Shown here in pieces: positions 11,222 to 23,096 of a stretch of 64,000 nt of DNA (the stretch's first letter is position 1; each line of letters begins with the position of its first letter). The stretch lies in NCBI GenBank assembly GCA_977020255.1, contig CDROCS010002739.1, positions 124,001 through 188,000 of the forward strand. Direction: 5' to 3'. The translations under genes were made by a program, and so were the position numbers. The notes beneath the pieces were generated by a model. The model was not told where the DNA came from. It did not search any database and saw only the letters and a list, made by a program, of their open reading frames with translations. The DNA comes from Obrimoposthia wandeli (lineage: Eukaryota).

Positions 11222-13506
11222 GAAAAGGTATATATGAACTACTAGGGAATAATAAAAATTCCCAAATGAGTTAGTACGATCACGTTAACAATGTATGACA
11301 AGGAGTAGACTAAGAAAGTAAAATAGACACTGATACAGATTCAGTAGATGTAGACGCAACAGAGACTGTAAACAATCAGGTACTGAACAATCGTCTTCTA
11401 CAACCAGGAGAAGAAATCAAGAGCATATATTTAAGTGATCTAAAGAAGCTCACGAAGGTAAACAATCACAGTTTTAAACAAATTATACAGAAAGAAAAAA
11501 TCCTCCATCTGAATGATTTAGAAGAAACTTGCAAAGGGCCGAATAATGCTGTCACAGAACCAACAAGATATGAATGCGAATCTAAGACATAAATTCTAAG
11601 GCGGACCAGACGGAGACCCAGAAAGGAAAACTAGACACTGAAAGACATTTTGACGGACATCACCGATGAAAAAACTCTTACAAGATACATAGACAGAGGG
11701 ACTGAAATTATCGACGCACACGGTTTGGAGACAACAAGTAGTTCAATAAATACATTAGAATTGGTATGAAACATTTTAAAATCATTAAATGATAAAGCGT
11801 TTAAGTCGTAAAAAATGCCAAAGTGAAACATTAGTAAAAGTAATTAAAATACAAATGCCACAAATAAAACCACAAATAGATTTATTCGGGTATCCTACAG
11901 TAGTCGACCGAGGACACAATGGTAAAAAATCAATAATATTAAGTGACAAGCCCTCAAATAAAAATATTTTTCAACTGCCTTATCATATTTATTGTATAAA
12001 TTATCATAAGTCAATTATCATGTATATCAGGAAGCTGAATTAATTCAAACATAAGTTAAAGAATGCACAGTATAAATGAGCTATATCTTATCTTATCTTA
12101 TCTATATCGTATAAATGGTTAGTCGGAAAACATGTAAGACAGCTTTTCGTAACAGGACAACGATAATCAATTCACAGTATGATCCGATTGCTAGACAAGG
12201 AGTATGAAGATATGAAACGATAGTGAGAAAAGTCACATTAAAGCCTGACGGAGCTCGTACCATTGAAATTCGAAATATGCAAGGAATGACGGTAAAATTC
12301 GCTGAAGTCGAAGAGCGATAAACTTGAGCAGAGTCTTCCCAATCTTCTACCTACTCTTGGCTAATCAGGTCCATATATTGGGTTCTCTGTATCTCCCTCC
12401 TTCTGTTGCTGGTGCTGCTACTTCCACTGATTTTTGATTAATTAAGTCAATATATTGCGATGGTGGTGGTGTTCGTTACTGCATGTGATAGAGTTCTTCA
12501 TATAAGTGCTCCTCGAACACCACGTTCAAATCAATGTTTTTGTAGTGAGGCATAATGATGAGAAAATAATATTGACGAAGAACGAATGAGAATTGAGATA
12601 ATAATTAAATATCGTCAATGATAGCAGAGTATTCAAATATATTTTTCAAAAATTCATGGTACTTTGTTAAAAGGTTTTGTCTTTGTATGTAAGTGTCATG
12701 TGGGAAATGAAATAAAGTATTTATGTCAGTAAAGAAAGGGGAATTTGTGTGTCCTGATGAGGGACAAAATATTTATATATTTATTCAAAAATTTAAAGTA
12801 TTTTGTTAAAAGCTTCGTCCATAATTGTTGTTTTACATAACTATTCATATCTTCCTTTTCAAATAATTACAACAACAAAAACTTCTTCTGGAACCTTTGT
12901 ATTATAACTATATAACCAATTCATAAACTTTATAAAAAACAACAAATAATTTTTATCTAATCGAGCTTTTCTCAGTCTCTTATATACAAACGATGCTCAA
13001 ATCACTCAGATGAAAATCTTCATTTGCTGCATGCGCTGCTGGACAGAAAATCAATTTTGTAATTGATTTTTAAAAATTTTAATTGTATAGCCAGCAATGA
13101 CTAAAAACTAGTTTAAAACTCGTTCTTCTATACCCCCGTCTTTGACTTCACCGAGTCAACTCAAGAGAGGTATCGAGAACACAATTGCAGTAGCAAAACA
13201 TTAAAACACTTTACAAAAATTGTTGCATCTGATAATATTTGAATCCGTTGAGAGGCATAAGACAAACAAATTTATTATTTTTATTTTATTTTAAAAAACG
13301 GAACTCTGAGATTGTATTGCTGACAGCATCCTGATCAGAATGAAACTTCAGTTCAAACAAATTAACTTTCTGAAAAAAGGCAATCCATCCGCTGCAAAAT
13401 TGTGTGTCATACACCGCAAGGAACGTCCAGCCACTTGACCCTTCCGCTGAGACGTCTTTGACAAGGCACAGTTGCGATCTGGACCCCTAACCTTCAGTTA
13501 ACTAAC

Positions 13507-16500
13507 TCAACCAATACGACATAAATGTCGCAGCGCCATCTTCAAATCCCTTCCGTCGGTTAATACTGCAGCAATACGTTCCACTCCTTCCATTCCTTGT
13601 ACTATATCGACTATCCTTCCTATAGGAAATGCTCCACGTTCATTATTTCTATTCAAAACTAACACTAAGCTTCCTCTTTCCGCCAAACATTTCTCCATAA
13701 ACCATTTTGACGCATTCCTCACATTGGAACGATCTCCTCCAATCACCACGCCCAAACGTGAATAACTCTTGAATTCTTTTCCATCTCGCCTACAACCTTC
13801 CCAATGTATTTTTAAATGCAAAAAAAATAGCTGCTCCAATTAAAAAAATAATTTGGTGTCAAAGCTTTAGACTTCTTCTTGTCCATTGATTTTCTTCCAA
13901 TGGGTCGTGAATTCACCAAAGGCTCGACTTCTATTAATACCGTCACCAATTCCTCTTTGGTCACATCTACTTACTGTATAACTTTCTTCATTGCTATTTT
14001 ACTGATTTTACCATTGTTTCAAAAACACCACCAAAGTGAGCCGACCACAGAGGATTGAATACTCCTCTGATCTCGTTCTCTGCCAACTCTTTCTTTACTT
14101 TATAGCTGTCCATTACAAATTCTTTTACATCATTCACGACTCACACAAAATTTGTTCCATTATCATAAACAACAAACCCTGGTCGTCTTCTTCTTACAAA
14201 TATCTTAAAGGCTCTAAGAAATTCGTCCGTATCGAGACCATGGGCTACATCTACATCTATCGCTCTAACTAGTAAATACCTGAAAATACAAATATTTTTT
14301 CTCTCCTCTTTCCCCGATCTTGCACTGTCATGACTGGTTCTGTAAAATCAACTTCAACTCTTGCAAATGTTTTGAGAGGTTCTCTAAATCGGAACTGTGG
14401 CAATGCTGCCATTATTTGTGCCATTCTTACTGCTTTACGCCTTTTAACGCTTCGTATTGATTTTCTACATCACTAATTATTCGTCTCACCTTCGAAATCC
14501 AAAATTTAGCTTTTACCTCGTTTAGAACATGTAGCATACCACTGCAGTGCTTCAACGTCTCGTGAATTTCTTTTATAAACAACCTTGCTAAACTGCTCTT
14601 ATCGCACACAATAATCGGAAATCGTACATCATGACTTAAAAATTCAGAGTGGATAATTCTTGTATTACTTCTCAAAACACCATCATCGTCAAAAAAGGAG
14701 TAAACCTTTGTAAATCACTTAATTTTGGAATTGGCTTACTTTTGCTTATAAATCTTATTTCATCGCTAAAAAACTCATTCTTACAAATGAGTACAAATCT
14801 TGAAATCCAAGCTCTTACACATAGTAGGCGCATTAGACATGAATATATCTCTGGCTTGAAAAAAATTGTGTTTCCCACATACCCTCTAAGATTGTTTCTT
14901 ACTGGAATCCTTACAAAGATTTTTGCTTTATATCTTTCTTCTGAATTTTTGTTCTAAGTTCTGAACCTTTTGGCCACTGAGCAGCGCATTGCATTATGAA
15001 CTTCGGACCTTTCCACCACACTTGACACTTTGCTAAAACATCTAGAGACTCACCTCGAGACAGAATATCAGTCGCGTTATCCTTCGTTGGGAAATATTTT
15101 CAAATAAAAATATTTGTTTCACTCTGAATTGTTCACACTCTATTGGCAACAAACGGTTTGAACAATTTTCCTTGTTGTGATATACCCTAGATAACGTCCA
15201 TACTTTTAGTGGTGAAACGTTTGATCTGGCAGCAACAAATTCTAAACGGCTGATATTATTTGTCTGTCTTAAATAAGCTACCGATCTATATGCTTCTTTA
15301 GATGAGTCAAAAAAAACCGGTTCATAGGCTCATATTTCTAATTAAACATTGTGGTATATTAATTGTCTTTAAATTTGCACAGCCTACTATCCTGTTTATC
15401 GCTTTTCTGACAATTCTTTCTAAAACGTATTCATCCCATGCTACTCTCGATTCCCAAAGTCTTTGCATTATTATCTTTGCTGGGATAGTAACAGACCAAC
15501 AAAACCCATTGGATCAAAAACACGAGACAAGAAACCTACGAAATTTATTTTTGTTAACTTTTCAACCCTTGGTAACTCAACATTACATTTAAATACGTCT
15601 TCCTTCTGCCAACTCATATCCAATGCTTTTTCTGCCAAGTTCTCGTGATCTTCATTCTTCATATTTTGTGCTCTGTCCTCTTCAGGTATTTGTGCCAATA
15701 CGAATCTGTTAATCTTTGCTCACTTTCGCGCCACCATTCATGCTCTGTCCCATAATTGTTTAATTCTACAATCAGGCGCAATGCTTCTTTTTCCGTACGG
15801 ATGGAGTTCAGACTATCCTCTATATAGGTAGACTTTAGCACTGTCTTCACAGATTTCTACAAATTTTCCTGGTTGAATTCTGCATTTCTGTGTGATATCA
15901 ACTTAGTCAAGAATGGTGACGCATTAATTCCAAAACTTAAACGACAATATTCAGAAGTACAAACATCTCTCATATCGTCACGCAATAAAAATCAGTACCA
16001 CATACGATCTTCTGGTTTAAATGAAAACTGTAAATACATTTCTGATATGTCACACCAGTGCAATATCAAACTTACAGAAACGCAACAATATATCAAATAA
16101 ATCTCTCTGAAGTTTAGGTCCAGTTTATATCTTGTTATTTAAACAAACTCCTTGGCACTTTGCGGCAGCGTCAAATACTATTCAAACTTTCGTTGTTTCT
16201 TTAACTCTTCTTATTACTGAAATATAACTTTGTATCTTTCCTTTCTTCCTCATCGATTTTTCGTACATAAACCTTTTTGATATGATCTTCTATCGTTAAG
16301 ATGTATTCCATTTTCAGCTGTAAATGTCTATTAAGTCTACGTTCAATGCTATATAAACGAGTTCTAGCCATCTTCCAACTTAATTGTCTCGAGTGTCTTA
16401 TCCATGAGTTTCTTGTTATTAATCGACTGCTGCTCAAATGGGGAAATTGTTCCCAAAAGATTCATACTTGCTGCTCCAATCGAGTGTCGGCGTGAAATGT

Positions 16501-17010
16501 CTTTATACAATTAGTTTGATGTCTGACCAAGCCACTACATTTTACTTTCCCAACACAGGTTCAACCAAGGAGCGTTTACCTTACCATTGGTTCACCACCT
16601 TGCCATTCTATTTTTCATTATCGTCTTGTGCAGTTGAATATGGTCTGCAACAATGAGAAGATCTACTGTGTTCTTTCCTTTAAGCAAAGTAAATCTAATT
16701 GCATTTAAATGAAGAAACTTTGGTCCCTCCATCTTCCAATAATTCATTTTAAAATCTCCTGTCACTTACTTTACGGTCAAGGTGTGGAATCTTGTATTTA
16801 ACTTTATATCTGTTCTCAACATCATTATATCTAAAGGCATCGCCTGAATTCTCTCTGTCTGTCCACCAATCACTCCGTCTGAAACCCAAATAGAACTTCC
16901 ATTCAACTGCATTCGCGCACAATATTAAGCCTTACATAATTTAAAGTATTTGCCTGAAGAACCCCTCCTCTACTTTCTAATATAATCGGTTTTTGTAGCA
17001 TCCTTTGTAG
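13507..17010 (-). mobile_element. Decayed BEL/Pao LTR-retrotransposon pol
   Basis: Minus strand, in order: protease region (VDLLIxADH), RT-adjacent ARTRLYSIERRL, degenerate YVDD (TYIEDSL), FLSRVFDPMG, integrase zinc-binding IHETLKHCSG...KFWISKVRRI, DUF5641-like RGAFPIGRIVDIVQGMEG; many stops and frameshifts. Confidence 0.88.
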
Positions 17011-17039
17011 TATAAATCCATTCCCTAATTTCATTCGTG

Positions 17040-17387
17040 TTACCTATCTAATTCTTTTAAACGTATTATTGTTATTTCTAACGATTCTACTAGATGCTTC
17101 ATATCTTTACAATCTCCATATTTAAAAACTTTGAACTTTTTAACATCTTCAACTAAACTAAAATAGCTTTTTTCTATTTTTTCAATTTTATAAAGATGTA
17201 TTTGTTTTCCAAGATTAGCCGAAATTGTGATTGATTGTATTGCAGTGATTCGATTTCCAAAATGGTAAATTGATCTCAAGCAAAGGTAAATTGCATCCCA
17301 TAACACAACAACTTCTTTAAAAAATTCAATATGAAAATAAAATATAAAACTAACTTGTGGGAAAAATAACAACTGTGAAATTGTCAA
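17040..17387 (-). CDS. Orphan ORF of the virus-like cassette
   Basis: Intronless, protein-like composition; the ORF-track start is non-ATG, so the true start is uncertain. Confidence 0.4.
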   Translation of the reverse strand: MTISQLLFFPQVSFIFYFHIEFFKEVVVLWDAIYLCLRSIYHFGNRITAIQSITISANLGKQIHLYKIEKIEKSYFSLVEDVKKFKVFKYGDCKDMKHLVESLEITIIRLKELDR

Positions 17388-17732
17388 ACCTTTTCACATA
17401 TTGTCTCGGCTTCCATTCATTGAATGGTAAGTACGAAACATCATCTTCCATTCTACCTTTATAATTTATATTTACGAGTTTCATTAGACTAAAATTGTAT
17501 TCTGTAAATTCTTCTTTATATATGTCTGACCTGCTTTTTTATTGCACATTTCTTATAATTATCTTGCAAACCTATTATAATTGGATGATATATTTCTTCA
17601 AATCAATTTTGATTTTTAATATGGATTTAGTCCAATCAAATTCAATGCTTTAGTTATATTAACCAATGATATTCCTGTCTTTGTTATAAATTAGTATAAA
17701 AGAATGCGCCATTAGAGGACAAATCACAATAA

Positions 17733-18215
17733 ATGCATTCATATCAAAGACAATTATCAATGATGGACGATAGCCAACGGATATTAAGCGGTGACGAAGA
17801 TTTAGAAATGTTTGAAGAATCGGATAAGGATATGTATGAAGAAGTGAAACACTATTTCAAATGCAAAGTCAGATTCTTGAAGAAGGCTCAACTGATTGCT
17901 TTAGTAAATCCTGTGACAATTGAAAGAAGAAAGTTCAGCTACTATCTATCAAATATTCAAAAACCATATTTTCAATATCTTAAACAGAAAGTTGAAAGGG
18001 CAGTTCCAAATTTTACTTTCAATAAGAACGAATTTTATATCCGAGGAGCCGATGCAGCATTTCTAGATGACTATGGAAAAGAAATAGATGTTGATGCGTT
18101 TCCGAAAAAGAAGCAATGGACTGTAACAATTCTAATTTATGGTTACAAGAAGGTTGAAATTGGAACAATGTTGCCTATGTGGAAAATTGATCGTGCTCAT
18201 ATTCCTATGTTTTAA
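17733..18215 (+). CDS. Hypothetical protein, putative OB-fold ssDNA-binding protein (paralog A)
   Basis: Intact 160-aa ORF with TATA-like GTATAAAAG about 40 nt upstream and AATAAA downstream; shares AF.DD.G..I, W-x3-I-x3-GY and G.M.P.W motifs with the next ORF. Confidence 0.65.
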   Translation: MHSYQRQLSMMDDSQRILSGDEDLEMFEESDKDMYEEVKHYFKCKVRFLKKAQLIALVNPVTIERRKFSYYLSNIQKPYFQYLKQKVERAVPNFTFNKNEFYIRGADAAFLDDYGKEIDVDAFPKKKQWTVTILIYGYKKVEIGTMLPMWKIDRAHIPMF

Positions 18216-18380
18216 CTTTTTTCTTTCATTTGGCATGTAATAAAATGTAATCGGTTTTAATTATTTTTACTATGTTTCTTTCATTTGGCAATTAATAATC
18301 AGTTTTATTTTTCATAATATTTGTATCTTATATGTATTTTTTTATAAACATTGTTTTTTAATCAGTTTTCTTATTTTATA

Positions 18381-18845
18381 ATGGATCCTCTTCTGAGACA
18401 TGTAGCAAATTTTTATTATCCAGAAAGAATTTCAAAAGGAAAACTGTGTAATATATTAAAGAGGCATCAAATTATACGAGTTATGAAATCTGTGAAAATA
18501 TCCAAAGTGAAGAATAAATATCTCATCGAAATTTGTACAACTTCTGATATTGATCAATTGAAAAATATTTTGGGATTTAACATTCCTGATTATGTATATG
18601 AAGGAAATTATTTCCAGCTTGAAACTGATCCCAGTCTGGCTTTTAGAGATGATCTAGGATATTTGATTTCTCCAATTTTATATGAAGATCTATGGAATAT
18701 CTCAATACGTCTCAATGGATATTTTGCTGATGACGGGAAAATGCAGCCTCTTTGGACTTTGAGTGAAGTCAATATGGTGTTTTATGTTAGATTTAATAAA
18801 TGTTTTAAAAATAATTTTGACTCGTATTTTGTTTTTCTCCTCTAA
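18381..18845 (+). CDS. Hypothetical protein, putative OB-fold ssDNA-binding protein (paralog B)
   Basis: First ATG at 18381 (MDPLLRH...); clear paralog of 17733-18215. Confidence 0.65.
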   Translation: MDPLLRHVANFYYPERISKGKLCNILKRHQIIRVMKSVKISKVKNKYLIEICTTSDIDQLKNILGFNIPDYVYEGNYFQLETDPSLAFRDDLGYLISPILYEDLWNISIRLNGYFADDGKMQPLWTLSEVNMVFYVRFNKCFKNNFDSYFVFLL

Positions 18846-19019
18846 ATTATATAGATCTATTTTTCTCCTATAAATTATAAAACTGACCTAGATATTTAAA
18901 AATAATATTATTTGAAATCTCGTCTGCGATAAGCCGCCAGGGTCAATATGGATTCCCGTGGTCTTCTCTAATCATCTTTAAGATTAGCGGTAAATTTCAA
19001 AGTAAAATAAAAAAATTGT

Positions 19020-19153
19020 GTCGTCCCCCCTTCGGGTGGAATGGACACACACATGCACAAAATTTCACTCCACACATATGCACGGTTTTAAAGGACAGTG
19101 GTAGCTCTCCGGGGGGAGGGGGTGGATTACACCGGACACATCCACCTACCTAG
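19020..19153 (+). mobile_element. GC-rich element terminus (Helitron 3' end or Polinton-like TIR)
   Basis: G-run, hairpin GGTGGAT/ATCCACC (19121-19146), then CTAG|T at 19150-19154. Confidence 0.5.
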
Positions 19154-20699
19154 TTGAATATCCCAATCAGAAGTGAACTAAATAATAACTACAAATGATG
19201 GCACCTTAAACAGATGGCATCTTAAACAGAAATAACAACTTACTTTGAAACATAACGTTTATACTTTGCTGAAGAACAAATGAAGAATAAACGGGTTAAA
19301 ATGACAGTCCAAAGACGACTAATGACAAAACTAATGCTTATCTTCACACTTTATAATTAGTCCACACATCAAGTAGAAACTATTTCACCAGCCAATCACA
19401 AACATACACAGCACAATTAGACACATCAATCCCACCAATCATAAACATGTTACAGCTCTTTTAATGATTTCAGTGTTAATCGGGTTGTAGAGATATTAAA
19501 TCAGATATGTGGATATGCCATACGAATTAAAGAAACAAATATACAAGAATCGCTAGTGATACTAAAAGAAGTTCGAGTACATTTTGACACCACAAAAAAT
19601 ATTATTGTAATCGACATGGTAACTGAAACTTAAGGAATGGATTACCGCGACATAAACGCAAATTCAAGCAGTGTCAGGATTAACAAGTGTTGGTGACGAT
19701 GACGTAGTAGAAACAGAGACAAGTGCAAACATAGTGATATAGGTAAATGAAGCAGATAAAAATCCGACCAGAGTAAGAGCACACAAACGTTATGAAGTAA
19801 TATAAATAAAGAGCAACAAAGTCAAAATAAGGAATATACGATATGCTTAATGATCACCAGATGAGACGAGTAGGTATATATGTTATGAATATGAAATTAG
19901 GAAATAGAAGGATGGAGTCTAGATCAGTTGGTACCCCATGTGTGCGGACAACATCTGGAAGTGAATGTGTGTATACCGGAAGTGATTACACCATAAACAC
20001 AAAATACCAAAAAATACCAATAGCGAAACAATACCCGGCGCAAGTAACATAGAAAAGTTTAAATACATATGTTATTGATTTGTTTACACATTGCACAAGT
20101 GATCGCAAAGAAAAAAGAATTATCAGAAATTCGTCAGGAACCGTACATATTGACAAGAAGATCGTGCTAAGGACTACATTCAACCAGGTCATCGGAAAAG
20201 CCGCGAATTGGAGAGGAAAGCGAATTTAGAAATTGTCGTAGCAGTTGAGGTAGAGATCGTTGTTTAAATATGTTTAAGTATTTCAAAGTTGTATTTGAAA
20301 AATATTAAGTAAATGAAGTTATATTGAAGCATACGTTGTGCATTCAAAGGTAGTTCAAAAGAACTATATTCAGTGATAATTTTGTATTAAACGTTATATG
20401 AAGACGAAAGTCGAATTGAGTATAATACAAAGTAAATTAGTTAAAGACGGATAAGAGTTTCATCCTACTCTCTTGTAGTAATAGTTATACCGTTGTTTCA
20501 AGTAGGTCCTTTCGTCTGTATTAAAAATAGAGTTAGTGTTTAGAATAATCTCATGGATTGTGTTTATTACATAACCGACCTCGTGAAATCGTCGAGGTCA
20601 CTAATCTATAGGCTAGCCAAGAGGTAACTACGTAAAGGTGTTCGAGCCCCGGTGTATTCAGCGGATTGTTAAGCTCTGATGTATTTTTTTGAGGAGCAT
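19154..20699 (+). mobile_element. Decayed 3' internal part of an LTR retrotransposon (accessory/env-like ORF remnants)
   Basis: A-rich coding-like strand; shares 49/63 nt (YFAEEQMKN motif) with 51530-51590 minus; ends in T-run plus purine tract before an LTR. Confidence 0.5.
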
Positions 20700-20987
20700 T
20701 GTTAGCGTTGCTTGGCTCCGGCTCTGTTTCGCATATTTCGATTTATGTTTTAACCTGACTCTTTTTAAAATTAGATTCAAAACCAGCCTCACCGACTAAT
20801 TACTGCAACCCTACATTACACCACATTAGTTTTAGGGTCCCTTTTTAGTTATTGTGAACACAATTCTTTATACACAGCATCAAACAAATACCTTCAGATT
20901 TTGAGACTAGAATACAGGAAGTAAGAATAGGTAGGCCACACGTTGGGGGCCTCTGGAAGAGGATCTTGTTTCATAGAAACCTCAACA
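20700..20987 (+). repeat. 3' LTR, diverged relative of the 56934 and 60221 LTRs
   Basis: TGTT...AACA termini, preceded by TTTTTTTGAGGAGC (PPT-like); shares CCTTCAGA, GTAGGCCAC, CGTTGGGG.CCTC, AAGAGGATCT and ATAGAAACC.CAACA blocks. Confidence 0.7.
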
Positions 20988-23096
20988 AATATACTTCATT
21001 AAATTTGTTATTTAATAATATTTTACATCTTTTATGAATTTTTAAACTACTAATTTAAACAAAATAAAATCAGGTTTACTTCATACAATCACAGTATTAT
21101 TTTTTGTAATTTGAGCATCGAAATCAAATATTCCGTATATCAAAACACTGACAGGAGCAGCAAGAAGATAATTAAATATAATTACAAGTCTTAAATTACT
21201 GATTTTCGGTACGGAGTAGTGTTAATATCAAAGTCTGATGCAGATTAAGTATGAACAATAAACCTGTTTCATATATAGTTAAACACAATCAAACATAAAA
21301 CATATACTAACATGCACAAATACAGAGAACTATTGCTCACACACATATGAACACACACAAACAAAAAATTTAATTATTTTTCTAACGAATTTGTTGCATT
21401 ATCTCACACATTCAAAATAAATCAGATATATTTTCATTAAATATTTAACTGGCTTTAAAAAATCATACTATTTTATTTGTAAATAAACATGTGCTTAAAT
21501 ATAGTATTACATAAATATTTGTCTTAATTTTTGGTTGTAATTAAAATTATCTAAAATTTACAGTTAAAATATTTGTAACTATGCATATTATTTTGAAATT
21601 ATCTAACTTAAACTATACAAACTTTATTCAAAGCATAAATATATACATGTAAACAAATATTATTTTATTCAAAATCGAATTGACGAAATCTTTCGGGGTT
21701 GGATTAAAACAATTACATAACTAATATCCAGAATGTATAAAAATAATTCTAAGATTTTGATGCATCCGCGTATGGTACATAACTTTACACTGAAATATAG
21801 CCGTCACAATTGGATATATCAGTTACGAATATGAAAAAGAGCTCTTATCATTAAGTATTGATGAAGTAGTAAATTCGTTTGAAATAACATCATAAAATAG
21901 GGTATTAAGCTCATATGTGTGTAAGCAATAGGCTAATCAATAGAAGAATATTATTACTAACATTGGAAATAACCATTGACACCTTCAATAAAGAAAATAT
22001 AATCATTATGTATTAATTTTTACATCACATTCCAACTTACTTGCAAGTTATGACTTATTTTTAAGATTTCAATAAACTAATCCCTTTCTATTTAATCGTA
22101 CTTTTATAATGTTTCAACTTAATTAAATTTTTTTCTACTTGACCGTAGTTAAAAAAATTCTATTGCAACTAATTGCAACTTATAATCAAAATTTGAGCAA
22201 TAATTATTTTCGTTCTGAGATTTTAATTAAATAAACATTATCTACTTACAAATATATGTAGATGACATTTCACAAAATAAGTTTCAAAATCTTTATTAAA
22301 ATACTTCTACTACACAATGCAAAAGTAATCTATCAACATTTGTAATTTTAGCAACAATTTTTAAATAATCAAACAAAAAGTTTTAAAACTTAAAAATTTG
22401 GATAAATAAATGCTCAAATATTGATGCGTTTAAGCAAATGGGGTCAATTATTTAAATACATAATTATCTAATCTTATAATTATAAATGGTCTCTGTCAGA
22501 TTATTTTAAAAAGTGTTCTAGTATTTCTGATATTAACGAATTTGATTAAAAGCTAGCCTGGCGTAGAAATTTAACTATGTTAAATATGAAAAATAGAGTG
22601 GTACAAGCATTGTAAAAATAGTGATTTTTAAAATTTTCAGATTTAAACATTTAAACAATTCTGATGAAGTCATTTATTTCAAAGTGAAATATACTTGTAG
22701 GTTTTTGGTAAATTTTTAAAATTTCTCTTTTTCGAAATCGATAAGTAATAGTTTAAAAATACAATTAAACCAAAACAAGAACCAAATAAATCGGCATCGA
22801 TGTCAATATAAATGAAAACTCAGTCGAGTGTCTTTGTACACGGTAAAATGCAGCGAACTAATTACACAGTCCATGAATAGACACACGCGGTGAGATAGGG
22901 AGGCCTGGGGTTAGGGAATCGGAAGCAGTGATCAGATCTGTGGAGTCTAAATGCAGACGAGGCAGCGATTGTAGAGGCAGCGTGAGGGGAGAAATGGTCA
23001 CCGGGTCGCGAGCGGAAATATCCACACAGTGCAGTCAGGCATCATCGATTGATATTGCAGTGATTCGATAGTAATGAAGCTGTCTGGCAATACGGG

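Larger units (their letters stand above)
9747..11234 (+). mobile_element. IS630/Tc1/mariner superfamily DNA transposon, apparently complete
   Basis: Ends TATATACCTTTTCA... and ...TGAAAAGGTATATA are exact reverse complements in TA context; intact transposase inside. Confidence 0.92.

Noticed and set aside
9624-11245. Short repetitive ORFs 9624-9851, 10982-11212 and 11018-11245
   Set aside because: Translations of the transposon's 21-bp terminal arrays
17556-17572. 17-nt exact match TAATTATCTTGCAAACC also at 43934-43950
   Set aside because: No similarity beyond the seed; a few such matches are expected by chance in AT-rich 64 kb
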